A stretch of DNA of 64,000 bases from an uncultured Verrucomicrobiae bacterium (lineage in GTDB: Bacteria; Verrucomicrobiota; Verrucomicrobiia; Chthoniobacterales; JAFAMB01). The position numbers and the translations under genes were made by a program. The DNA lies in assembly GCA_963762565.1 (NCBI GenBank), contig CAVXLD010000003.1:288001-352000 (forward strand). The letters run 5' to 3'. The notes beneath the pieces were generated by a model. That model was not told the origin of the DNA. It ran no database searches and was given only the letters and a program-made list of their open reading frames with translations. Shown in pieces: positions 1 to 9,032 of the stretch; positions within the stretch are counted from its first letter, which is position 1; each line of letters starts with the position of its first letter.

Positions 1-682
1 CATTCAAGACGCCCACAATTTAGCTTGGAAACTAGCCCGAGTTCTGGCTGGGGCTGATGCCGAGGCCCTGTTGGCCTCCTACGAAACGGAGCGGCGAGAA
101 GTAATCATCAAGACAGTCGATACTTATACCGACTTTCTGACCCGGGCGATTCTCCTCGGTCCAAGTTTTATTCGGAAGCTGGCGCCAGCGGCCCTCTGGG
201 CGCTTCCGCGGCTTGGCTTATTCTCGATAGTGGCGCCGAGGGCGGGGATGCTCGACGCTACTTATTCTCGATCAACAATTTTGTCAGGGAGAGGGCCCTG
301 GCTTGGGAAACGGGCTCCAGACGGCAATTTGATTGATCCCAGGGGCAAGAGTTTACGGCTGTTAGATCTGGTTGGCCCTGGTCCCGCGCTTTTATTGTTT
401 GATGATGGGAGGCTACCAAGTTGGAACCAAGGTGAGATAGCGCAGCTTTTTCAGGACATACATGATTTAAGGGTCGCTGCGCTGTTTCCCGGCGAGAAGA
501 TTAGAAGAGACGGAGCGTACGCGTGCGCTGGAGGGGGTGCTCTTTGGAAACAATGGGCGGTCGGCGGCGGCAGTGCAGCGTTACTCCGGCCAGACGGCTA
601 TGTCGGCTGGATGGGACGTCGGCCGACTCCGGAAGAGCTGGATTCAGGGGTAAGGCAAGCGTTGGGGATGGTGGCGGGGTAG
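1..682 (+). CDS. FAD-dependent monooxygenase (PheA/TfdB-like), C-terminal part, truncated by window start
   Basis: Frame from base 2 reads IQDAHNLAWKLARVLAG...LLASYETERR, the hallmark of aromatic-ring FAD monooxygenases; C-terminal LLRPDGYVGW thioredoxin-like tail. Confidence 0.85.
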   Translation, partial: IQDAHNLAWKLARVLAGADAEALLASYETERREVIIKTVDTYTDFLTRAILLGPSFIRKLAPAALWALPRLGLFSIVAPRAGMLDATYSRSTILSGRGPWLGKRAPDGNLIDPRGKSLRLLDLVGPGPALLLFDDGRLPSWNQGEIAQLFQDIHDLRVAALFPGEKIRRDGAYACAGGGALWKQWAVGGGSAALLRPDGYVGWMGRRPTPEELDSGVRQALGMVAG

Positions 683-698
683 GGGAGGCGACGCCGTG

Positions 699-909
699 GT
701 AGGGCGAGGCTCCCGAATGACCTGAAGGTATTCGCGGAAGCCATCGGTATTCACCTGACGAAGGATACTGCTGCATCCTAGGCGCGCCGAGCCGTGGTTC
801 AGCGCTGGGCCATGGCTCGGCGCGTTTATCGGCCTAACCCGTCGACGTCAATTGGCATATGCGGATTTCCCTGCCGAAACCTTACGGCCATTCGGGAGCC
901 TCGCCCTAC
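699..909. repeat. REPIN-like palindrome, family A
   Basis: GTAGGGCGAGGCTCCCGAATG ... CATTCGGGAGCCTCGCCCTAC terminal inverted repeat with central CGCGCCGAGCCGTGG/CCATGGCTCGGCGCG hairpin; related copies at about 10776, 33035 and 46550. Confidence 0.85.
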
Positions 910-936
910 GAATCACTTGAGCGCATCCCTACCAAC

Positions 937-1422
937 CTACTCCTCCCGTCGACGCCGAAAGAGTCTTCCGAATATCGCGTCCAGGGAGAACCATCCGGGG
1001 CCGAAGCAGAGGACAATCAGTGCTGCCAGGAAGAACGGGAATGGGGCGGCGTTTAGAAATTTGTCCGGATGACCCCAGATATTTAGGATGGCATTGCCCT
1101 GGTCTGGGACCCACAAGGCAACGGCCATGGCAATTGTTACCGGGATCGCCGCAAGTCGTGATCCTAGGCCGGCCACGATCAGGATACCGCCGAAACACTC
1201 GGTCGCACCGACGACGTACGCGCTGATTTCCGGATAAGGGATCCCCAGCTTCGTGAAAAACCCTATCGGCGTTTGGATGTGCTCCAGTTTAGCTCGTCCA
1301 ATTTTGAACAACTGCCAGAAAAAATAGATTCGGATGAGAAGTAGTAGAACTGATTGACAAAATCTACCAAACCCCCCCGACGAGGAAGACGTGCGAGTTA
1401 CTGGTTGGGCTTCTGTGCTCAT
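937..1422 (-). CDS. DoxX family membrane protein (MNIO operon, BufD-like)
   Basis: Four hydrophobic segments, LLLLIRIYF...FFTKLGIPYPE...ATECFGGILIVAGLGSRLAA...GPGWFSLD; overlaps upstream gene stop. Confidence 0.85.
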   Translation of the reverse strand: MSTEAQPVTRTSSSSGGFGRFCQSVLLLLIRIYFFWQLFKIGRAKLEHIQTPIGFFTKLGIPYPEISAYVVGATECFGGILIVAGLGSRLAAIPVTIAMAVALWVPDQGNAILNIWGHPDKFLNAAPFPFFLAALIVLCFGPGWFSLDAIFGRLFRRRREE

Positions 1423-2378
1423 CGTGATAAAGAAAACCAGCCGAGTGCAGTCCAGGTATCAAAACAGTTTTTAATGGTATCTGTCCAATTCAAATCGGTC
1501 TTAGCGCTTTGCGAGATCGCTGCCTCACAGGCAGCCGCCACGGTTTCGCCGCGACTAATGGCAGTTAGTATTTGGTACTCCTCAGGTTCCAGGCGCTTTG
1601 AGTAGACCTGATTTTCGTAGCGATGCACAGCCAGGAAAATCTGCTGCTTCTTAGGAAGCCGCACCGGCTTGCGGCGGCCGGAAGCCCGGGGTGCGGAATG
1701 GATCGCGTTGCTGGCTTCTGTCCGCAATGCGTCTTCGTCATTTTTCTTCACTCCGATCAAGAAATCGTCCACGGCGTAGTTTAATAGTAATAGCGAGAGA
1801 TAGGGTTGTAGAGAGAGGGTTAGTTCGTCCGGCGATGTGCCCAGGATATCGTCCGCCGTTACTGGGCGCTTCGATGGGTCGTCGAAAGCTACCGTCTGGG
1901 CCCATTCGAATTGAGCCATGTCCACGGCCAAAAGTTCATGTGGAGTTGTCCAACCCGGCTCTTCCCGGATGAATTGCTCCAAGCGATCGCCCAGGTCGCG
2001 TAAGGTATAAGAATTCGATTGGTATTTCGTCAGATAGGCGGTCGCAAGACGAGTAAATTTCTTGGTACCAAGGATCGAGCGTAACCCCGGGTAATCGTCG
2101 TGCAGGCAATCTAAGACCCGGAACCAGTATTGCCGGTTGTAGATTTCCAGTCGCTCAAACGAACTGAGCCGGTCGTTCGGCTTGATAAACTCGGCTGCTA
2201 CGTGGCGAGTAGGCCGTCCATCCGTCCAACTTTTCTGCATTCCCCAGCGAGGAGTTAGTGGCCGAAAGAGAGCGCTAGCCATGGTTCGCTGCAGCTCGCG
2301 TAAATCGTCGCGAGAGTGCACGGGCTTAACTGGCGGCGATGACGGATTCGCGGAATTTGTTGGCTTTGAGCGCTTCAT
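1419..2378 (-). CDS. DUF2063-type MNIO partner protein (BufC/HvfC-like)
   Basis: ERLEIYNRQYWFRVLDCLHDDYPGLRSILG...DMAQFEWA motif; lies directly downstream of DUF692; start uncertain. Confidence 0.8.
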   Translation of the reverse strand: MKRSKPTNSANPSSPPVKPVHSRDDLRELQRTMASALFRPLTPRWGMQKSWTDGRPTRHVAAEFIKPNDRLSSFERLEIYNRQYWFRVLDCLHDDYPGLRSILGTKKFTRLATAYLTKYQSNSYTLRDLGDRLEQFIREEPGWTTPHELLAVDMAQFEWAQTVAFDDPSKRPVTADDILGTSPDELTLSLQPYLSLLLLNYAVDDFLIGVKKNDEDALRTEASNAIHSAPRASGRRKPVRLPKKQQIFLAVHRYENQVYSKRLEPEEYQILTAISRGETVAAACEAAISQSAKTDLNWTDTIKNCFDTWTALGWFSLSR

Positions 2379-3171
2379 GGTGGACCTCATCAAAGGTAGG
2401 AATCCGATCGTCCCATTCAAGCAAGGTAGCGGTGTTTCCGATTCGCTTCATCGCGTGCCCGTACATCTTCCAAACGGGGTCGAGTACGGGATTGTCGTGG
2501 GTATCCAGGATGTATTTCTCGAATTTAGAATGCCCGGCAATATGCACCTGCCCGACGCGATGATGGGGGATGTTATCCAGGTAGTCGTAAGGATTGAAGT
2601 TATGATTCTTAGACGAAACATAAATGTTGTTTACATCTAACAGAATTCCGCAATCAGCCAGTTCAACGACCTCACTGAGGAACTCCCATTCGGTCATTTC
2701 CGAGGCGTGATACTCAGCATAGCTGCTGACGTTCTCGACGCAGATTGGTACTTCCAGATAGTCACGGGCTGCCTTGATCTTTTCCGCGGTATGCTTAGCG
2801 ACCGCAAAAGTGTATGGCATCGGCAAAAGGTCGTGGGTGTAGCGGCCATCAACGCTTCCCCAGCAGAGATGATCGGAGAGCCAGGGAGTGTTTGTCCGGC
2901 GAACTAACCGTTTAAGTTTCTTCAGATGCGTTTTGTCCAGATCGTCGGCGGACCCGAAGTAAACAGCAACGCCATGTTGGACGACTCGATACTGCTCCAA
3001 GATTTGATCCAACACTTCCAATGGGCGACCGGCGTCGACCATGAAATTTTCAGAGATGATCTCGAACCAATCGACGACCGGCTTCTTCGCCAGAATATGC
3101 CGATAGTGAGGAACGCGCAGGCCGATGCCGATTCCGTAGTCAGTAAATCCGTTAAACTCGTTGGCAGGCAT
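2326..3171 (-). CDS. DUF692 multinuclear non-heme iron oxidative enzyme (MNIO)
   Basis: GIGLRVPH, WFEIISENFM, QHGV, WLSDHLCW, HDLLP, ENVSSY, LLDVNNIYVS, HIAGH, DTH, LLEWD motifs of DUF692. Confidence 0.95.
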   Translation of the reverse strand: MPANEFNGFTDYGIGIGLRVPHYRHILAKKPVVDWFEIISENFMVDAGRPLEVLDQILEQYRVVQHGVAVYFGSADDLDKTHLKKLKRLVRRTNTPWLSDHLCWGSVDGRYTHDLLPMPYTFAVAKHTAEKIKAARDYLEVPICVENVSSYAEYHASEMTEWEFLSEVVELADCGILLDVNNIYVSSKNHNFNPYDYLDNIPHHRVGQVHIAGHSKFEKYILDTHDNPVLDPVWKMYGHAMKRIGNTATLLEWDDRIPTFDEVHHEALKANKFRESVIAAS

Positions 3172-3219
3172 TTTGGAGGTGGGAAGTGAGAAGGTGAGAG
3201 GTGAGAGGTGATGCGCGCT

Positions 3220-3318
3220 GGAGGGGAGCCGCTTTGTCGGTTGGCAGGTCTATCGATTGGCAGCCGCCGAAAGGCTTCGGGGTGGACAGGCGGCTCCCGG
3301 GAATTACCCAGGGTATTT
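3220..3318. repeat. Half copy of family B palindrome
   Basis: GGAGGGGAGCCGCTTT...GGCGGCTCCCGGGAATTACCC, one arm only. Confidence 0.7.
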
Positions 3319-3415
3319 GAGTAATCAGTAATCAGTGATTCAGTAGGGAGGGCGGTAGGAGGGATTCAGATTCTTGTGGCTCCGCACGGTCGTTCCCAGA
3401 GTTCACGCCGATCCC

Positions 3416-3476
3416 CGCGCTGACGGGGTTTCCTAAGGGCGCCGCCGAGGTAATCGGGCGGCGCCCTGTCAGCGCG
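3416..3476 (-). terminator. Strong GC hairpin downstream of the precursor gene (terminator or RNA stabiliser)
   Basis: CGCGCTGAC...AGGGCGCCGCC-GAGGTAATCG-GGCGGCGCCCT-GTCAGCGCG; no long U-tract. Confidence 0.45.
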
Positions 3477-3525
3477 CTATAGTTTTAGAACACCAGAAGA
3501 CAGAATGATGCTGTTCTGAATGTTT

Positions 3526-3792
3526 TTAGCCTTTTTTGTTGGTGGCGCATCCACCCTTGCCCTTGCAAGAGTTCTTACCTTTGCAGCCATTATCGCTAGT
3601 CTTGCATCCGCCTTGGCCTTTACACGAATTTTGGCCCTTACAGGAGTGCGTTCCCTTGTCGGAGTCGGCAAGAGTGCGGACGGAGGTTCCAGCCTTGCCC
3701 TGGACGCTGGCTGCGTACGTTTGCACTGCAAGAGACCCGGTCAACAAACCGGCAACGGCAGCGCCGGCGATCATCGCTTTTGATGGCTTCAT
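3526..3792 (-). CDS. Secreted Cys-rich MNIO RiPP precursor (bufferin-like), 88 aa
   Basis: Signal-like MKPSKAMIAGAAVAGLLTGSLAVQTYA, then CKGQNSCKGQGGC-KTSDNG-CKGKNSCKGKGGC; first gene of the DUF692/DUF2063/DoxX operon. Confidence 0.88.
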   Translation of the reverse strand: MKPSKAMIAGAAVAGLLTGSLAVQTYAASVQGKAGTSVRTLADSDKGTHSCKGQNSCKGQGGCKTSDNGCKGKNSCKGKGGCATNKKG

Positions 3793-4130
3793 GTTATGAT
3801 TTTTTCGATTTCTGAGGTGTTGTGTTGAACTGCTTTTCAATTTCCAGGAGCCTAAGCTCCGAGGAAGATGATCCGATCCAGCATAATCTTATTCCCGAGA
3901 ATCGAGAATTCGAGCTTAAGGTTAGAAAACAGTGAATTACAAACCACGGTTGATACGAGTAGGAATAAGAGGGCTGCCCAACCTGTTCTATTGATAGCAT
4001 CGCTGATGTGGGTCGAATCGAATAGAAGGGTTTGAACCGCTGGCAAGTTCGTCGAACCATCGAAGCAAAAGCCTAACTCCCTATGTATATTTATAGAGCT
4101 CGACGCCGCCCAGGTTCGTTTAAAGATCAC

Positions 4131-4868
4131 ATGCAACGGACCCGGTACCCATGGTTGCGACCTTTCTTCGCGGCTGAATGGATTTGGGAGTGGCTATCGT
4201 ATCTGCTCGGGAATTGGTCGTTTCTAGAAGTGCTAGACTACCTCGGCACCTTCTCCATCCTTCTAGGGGTCATTCTGTATTTCGCCGAGAGCGGTGACCG
4301 AGAGAAACAGAAGCAGTATCAGGCTTGGCAGGTGATTAACACGGCGCAGGGCAAGGGGGGCAGCGGTGGCAGAAAAGAGGCTCTCCAGGAGTTGGCAGCT
4401 GACCATGTCGACCTAGTCGGAGTCGATGTTAGCGGTGCGTTCCTACAAGGGGTCCAGCTGCAGCGGGCGAATCTGGCGCGAGCGAGTCTACGGAGCGCTG
4501 ATCTACGATCCGGCGTTTTTGATCGGGCTGATCTGGACTATGCCGATCTAACCTCGGCTAATATTAGAAATGGCTCGTTTGTGAAAACCAGTCTCCAATA
4601 TGCCATGTTGGCTGACGCCGATCTCACCGGTTGCAACTTGGGTGGCGCCGATTGCGAAGATACGGACTTTAGCCGGGCCGATCTGCGCAATTGCGATCTG
4701 AAGGATATCAAATGGAAAGGAATCAAGGGGCTCAAGCTAGCGAACCTACTGAGCGTTAAAAACGCTCCGGAAGGCTTTGTTGCTTGGGCGTTGCAACAAG
4801 GAGCCGTCCAGGTGGAGTCCGATAGCGAATGGGAGAAGCTGATCGAGAATTCTGGCGCCGGGAAGTAG
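4131..4868 (+). CDS. Pentapeptide repeat protein with N-terminal membrane segment
   Basis: A(D/N)Lxx repeats (ANLAR ASLRS ADLRS...ADLDY ADLTS ANIRN); AWQVINTAQGKGGSGGR linker. Confidence 0.85.
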   Translation: MQRTRYPWLRPFFAAEWIWEWLSYLLGNWSFLEVLDYLGTFSILLGVILYFAESGDREKQKQYQAWQVINTAQGKGGSGGRKEALQELAADHVDLVGVDVSGAFLQGVQLQRANLARASLRSADLRSGVFDRADLDYADLTSANIRNGSFVKTSLQYAMLADADLTGCNLGGADCEDTDFSRADLRNCDLKDIKWKGIKGLKLANLLSVKNAPEGFVAWALQQGAVQVESDSEWEKLIENSGAGK

Positions 4869-5028
4869 GCGAAAGGGGGGGGCGAAACGGCGAAAGGGCG
4901 AGGGTCGGTGGGAGGAAACGACGGCAGTGGCGGGGCAACGGATAGGACCTATGGGACCTATATGACCTATAGGTCCCAGTGGAGCGCAGCATTCGCCGGT
5001 GCGCCGGCTCGCCCTTTCGCCGTTTCGC

Positions 5029-5796
5029 CTAATGATGGATCTGTTCCCGAGCCTCACGCATCTCGTGAAGCACAAGGTTCATGAGTTCGTCGATCGAAGT
5101 TTCTTTGGTGGCGCGATCGAAAGTGATCTTGCCATTCTGCAAGAGATTAACTCGGTCGCAGACATCAAAGACGTGGGCGTAGTTGTGGGCAACGATGATC
5201 ACTGCCACATTCGCCGTCTCCTTGAGCTGACGGATCACATCTAAAATCATCGCGCTCTCTTTAACGCCCATCGCGGCGGTGGGCTCATCCAGCAGTAACA
5301 CCTTGGCGTTGGCATAAACAGACCGCGCCACCGCAATTGCCTGGCGCTGCCCGCCCGAAAGCTTCGAAATCTCGACGTCCACGGAAGGAATATTAACCCG
5401 CATCTGTTTCAAGTGTTCCTGCGCTTGTCTTCGCATCTCCCGATCGTCCAGGATTTGGAAAAACTTGTTCGACATCAATTCCTTCTGCAGAAACATATTC
5501 CGATAAACATTGACATCGTTGATGAGAGCCAAGTCTTGGTAGACCGGTTCGATTCCCAACGCTCTGGCATGGCTGACGGATTTCAGCTCGATCTCCTTAC
5601 CCTCAAAAAAGATCTTTCCGGTGCTAGGCTTGTGAAAGCCGGTCAGGATTTTCATCAAAGTCGATTTGCCGGCGCCATTGTCACCGAGAAGCCCCAAGAC
5701 CTCGCCCTTCATTACGCGAATCGAAACATCTCGAAGAGCGGTGACACGGCCGAACGACTTAGAAATACTTTCCGTCCGCAAAGCTTCTTCGCTCAT
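5029..5796 (-). CDS. Sugar ABC transporter ATP-binding protein
   Basis: Walker A GDNGAGKS, LSGGQRQ signature, LLLDEPT. Confidence 0.95.
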   Translation of the reverse strand: MSEEALRTESISKSFGRVTALRDVSIRVMKGEVLGLLGDNGAGKSTLMKILTGFHKPSTGKIFFEGKEIELKSVSHARALGIEPVYQDLALINDVNVYRNMFLQKELMSNKFFQILDDREMRRQAQEHLKQMRVNIPSVDVEISKLSGGQRQAIAVARSVYANAKVLLLDEPTAAMGVKESAMILDVIRQLKETANVAVIIVAHNYAHVFDVCDRVNLLQNGKITFDRATKETSIDELMNLVLHEMREAREQIHH

Positions 5797-6827
5797 TTCC
5801 CACCTCCTGCAGCCCGCAGTTTACTGAGGCGAACATTAATGATCATTGTGACCAGGATGGCTCCTCCCAGGATCATATCGAACGTATAAGCGCTAACGCC
5901 TGACAGGGTGAACCCATCGGATAAGATACCCAGCACGACCGCACCAAGGAAGGCGCCAATCACTGTTCCCGAGCCTCCGGTCAGAAGGGTTCCACCGATG
6001 ACAGCCGAAGCCGTAGCCCTGAACATATAGTCGGTTCCACCAGCCAGCGGATCCGCCGAGCTGATCCGGAAGGTGTCCAGGATCCCAGCAAAGGCGCCGA
6101 GCATGCTGCAGATCATAAAGTTTCCAATCTTGATGCGGGCGATTCTGATGCCGACCTCGGCGGCGCCAAGCAGATTGCCGCCCGTGGCCACCGTATGCAA
6201 TCCCCAGCGCGTCTTGACCAGAATGAACTGGAACAAAGCGGTGATTGCGACTGCCCAGAGCAATTGAGAGACCGGAAAACCACTGAGGTTGCCCCCAAAG
6301 ACAGCGAAAATCAATGGGTCCGGCTCAGGTTGGACCGGGAAGCCACCGGAGATCGTCAGGGTGAACCCGTTGATCATGAAGAGGGTTCCTAAGGTGGTGA
6401 TAAACGACGGGATCTGGAGTCCCACGGTGATCAGCCCATTGATTAGCCCAACGACTGCCCCCGCTGCCATCCCTAGTACAATCGCCAAGACGTATGGCAC
6501 CCCAGCTTGATGTGCATAATACATCACAAAAGGCGCGAGGGCGTAGACCATACCAACCGAAAGGTCAAATTCGCCGCTGATTATGACCATGACCTCGCCG
6601 GCTGCGAGGATGGCCACGGCTGCGGCAAAGGTGACCAAATTTCCGATATTGCTCCACGACAGGAAAGCTGGCGCAGTGCTCTGAAAATAGATCACCAAAA
6701 GGATGCCGGCGATCAGAATGCTGGCTTCGCGGGAGTGTAAGAATGAGCGTCCGAGCACGCCCAAGCGACTGGGTCGCTTGGGCGTAGCTTGGGATTCCGC
6801 TACAGATTTAGGCGGTTCTGTGGGCAC
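5793..6827 (-). CDS. Sugar ABC transporter permease (RbsC-like)
   Basis: GEFDLSVG, IPSFITTLG, ATGGNLLGAAEVGI, VIGGTLLTGGSG. Confidence 0.93.
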   Translation of the reverse strand: MPTEPPKSVAESQATPKRPSRLGVLGRSFLHSREASILIAGILLVIYFQSTAPAFLSWSNIGNLVTFAAAVAILAAGEVMVIISGEFDLSVGMVYALAPFVMYYAHQAGVPYVLAIVLGMAAGAVVGLINGLITVGLQIPSFITTLGTLFMINGFTLTISGGFPVQPEPDPLIFAVFGGNLSGFPVSQLLWAVAITALFQFILVKTRWGLHTVATGGNLLGAAEVGIRIARIKIGNFMICSMLGAFAGILDTFRISSADPLAGGTDYMFRATASAVIGGTLLTGGSGTVIGAFLGAVVLGILSDGFTLSGVSAYTFDMILGGAILVTMIINVRLSKLRAAGGGK

Positions 6828-6845
6828 AGCGGAAGATCCGATTTT

Positions 6846-7925
6846 CTAGTAAGCGCCCGTATGCGGCAACACCTTTTCCTGCGCGCTGCTGCCCTCGTAC
6901 CGGCTCTGAGTGCTCAAATACGGATCGACGCTGTCTTTGGTGACGAATTTCAATCCTGTGTTGATTTCCGCGGACCCGCACAGCCCACCGGAGATCTTGA
7001 TCATGAAAAGAACCATCGTTGTATAGAATCCCTGGAGATAAGGTTGCTGGTCGATGGTGAAGTCCAAATCGCCTTTCTTGATTGCGGACAACGATACCGG
7101 CAGCAAATCAAAGCCACCAGCGTGAACGCCCTTGGCCGCCAAACCGTTTGCCGCCATCGTTTGGGCAACGCCCTGCGTACTACCCGCGTCCACCGCAAAC
7201 ATCCCTTTGAGATCGTTATGACCGGTGAAATAGGCTTGGATTCGCGTAAGCTCTTCGTTGACGGTCGGTCCGGTCGCGATCTCGGTCAGATTAATGTTTT
7301 TGCCTGACTCCTTAATCGCTTCTTTGGCGCCATCTAACCGAGGCTGAATGTTCAGCTGACCAGGCGTCGCGATGAAACCCACGACGTCGCCTTCCCCAAC
7401 GGATTGAACAATACGTTCGCCGAGTCCCTTACCGGACGCAAAAAGGTCCTGGCCGATGTAACACATGCGGTTGTTGCCTTTCGCATCCGCATTGTAAGAC
7501 ACGACCGGAATACCGGCTTTTAAAGCAGTATCAGTCGGATCATTGAACGCGGTCTGATCAACCAGACAAACCGCGATTCCGTCTGCCTTTGCTGATATGG
7601 CCGTATTCATGGAGTTGACCATATCGGTGGCGATCGATTTCTCTGACCCAGTCCATTGATAGCTGCAGCCCAGAAGTGCGCAGGCATCCTCCGCCCCGTA
7701 ACGGGTAGGAACAAAGAACGGGTTGGTGGTTACGTGGTTTACAAACACGAATTTCCATTGGGGATGCTTGGGGAACTTGCCCAGGGCTTCCTCGGCTGCC
7801 TCCGCGCTGGTTACTCCAAATCCTGCCAACGAGGAAAGCGAGGCCAGAACGCCGGCGCCCGCGGCGCGGCGGAGGGCCTGCCTACGAGTGAGGCCGGTGC
7901 TGGGTGAGAAATCGGTTTTTTTCAT
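6846..7925 (-). CDS. Sugar ABC substrate-binding protein with Tat signal
   Basis: TRRQALRR twin-arginine leader; NPFFVP, YIGQD, GGFDL, IDQQPYLQG periplasmic binding protein motifs. Confidence 0.92.
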   Translation of the reverse strand: MKKTDFSPSTGLTRRQALRRAAGAGVLASLSSLAGFGVTSAEAAEEALGKFPKHPQWKFVFVNHVTTNPFFVPTRYGAEDACALLGCSYQWTGSEKSIATDMVNSMNTAISAKADGIAVCLVDQTAFNDPTDTALKAGIPVVSYNADAKGNNRMCYIGQDLFASGKGLGERIVQSVGEGDVVGFIATPGQLNIQPRLDGAKEAIKESGKNINLTEIATGPTVNEELTRIQAYFTGHNDLKGMFAVDAGSTQGVAQTMAANGLAAKGVHAGGFDLLPVSLSAIKKGDLDFTIDQQPYLQGFYTTMVLFMIKISGGLCGSAEINTGLKFVTKDSVDPYLSTQSRYEGSSAQEKVLPHTGAY

Positions 7926-8041
7926 ACTTTTGTTTATGGGGGTAGTTATGATGGATGACTATTAGCTCCAAAAGGTCGTTTGGCGAGCGAATCGGCGCGC
8001 CAGCGAATTATTTCGGTAGCTGATTTAAATACCCTAGCATT

Positions 8042-8773
8042 ATGCATCAGGATTGGACAACGCAGAATATTGTGGTCACCGGGGCGGCTTCCGGGCTGGG
8101 GCGTGCAATTTGCGCCCGGTTCGCCCATTTGGGTGCACAGGTCCGGGGCGTCGATACCAACGAGATCGCGCTCCGAGAGCTGCAATCCAGCCTTGGCAAC
8201 TTCGCGCCGGTGGTTTGTGATGTCACCCAGTTGGAACAGGTAACGGCAGCGTTTACCCAGGATCTGGTGATTGACGTACTAGTCAACAGCGCCGGCATTA
8301 CCGGTAAAACCAATATCAAGAGCCCGGAGACCGACCCGGCTGACGTGGAGCAGGTCTTCCGGGTTAACTTTTTTGGTTCTTATTTCACCAGCAAAGCCGC
8401 GTTGCCGGGCATGATCAGCCGCGGCTACGGACGGATACTTCATATCGCTTCCATTGCCGGTAAAGAAGGCAACGCCGGGATGTTAGCCTATTCCGCTTCT
8501 AAGGCGGCAGTGATCGGAATGGCGAAAGTCCAGGGTAAAGAAGTCGCCGGTACGGGTGTTACCGTGAACGCTCTCGCCCCGGCGGTGATTGAGACACCGA
8601 TGGTGGCGGCGATGCCGTCGGAGCAAGTAAAATACATGACCGCCAAGATTCCCATGAACCGTTGCGGGTCGTTAGAGGAGTTAGTGGCGATGGTGGAGTT
8701 CATCGTCTCGCCGGCGTGTAGTTTTACTACCGGATTTACGTTCGATCTGACGGGCGGCCGAGCGACGTATTAG
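8042..8773 (+). CDS. SDR family oxidoreductase
   Basis: VVTGAASGLG, VNSAGI, YSASK catalytic motif. Confidence 0.93.
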   Translation: MHQDWTTQNIVVTGAASGLGRAICARFAHLGAQVRGVDTNEIALRELQSSLGNFAPVVCDVTQLEQVTAAFTQDLVIDVLVNSAGITGKTNIKSPETDPADVEQVFRVNFFGSYFTSKAALPGMISRGYGRILHIASIAGKEGNAGMLAYSASKAAVIGMAKVQGKEVAGTGVTVNALAPAVIETPMVAAMPSEQVKYMTAKIPMNRCGSLEELVAMVEFIVSPACSFTTGFTFDLTGGRATY

Positions 8774-9032
8774 TGGGGTGAGTCAGGGGGGTGGGTGAGA
8801 GATCGGTGGGGCGAGCGCTGCGGCGTGGTGGGGATACGACCTATATGACTTATAGGACCTATATGTCACCACCATGGTGGGTTGGCGGGATGTCTTATAT
8901 CGACGATAAATCGCGCGGTGTGCATGGGCGCTGTGTTCGGCGATATTCGCCTGTGCGCCCTTTCGCCCCTTCGCCATATCGTCCTTTCGCTGTCCCTTGA
9001 CACCGGGGGATTTGCCGCATACCGACCACTTC

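Noticed and set aside
3905..3945. Possible ECF-type promoter GTAA...CGAA for the MNIO operon (minus strand)
   Set aside because: Spacing between GTAATT and CGAA is 22 bp, too long for a convincing call
3852..4136. 94-aa ORF upstream of the RiPP precursor as a possible regulator
   Set aside because: No recognisable motif, overlaps the divergent gene start, and probably spans promoter DNA
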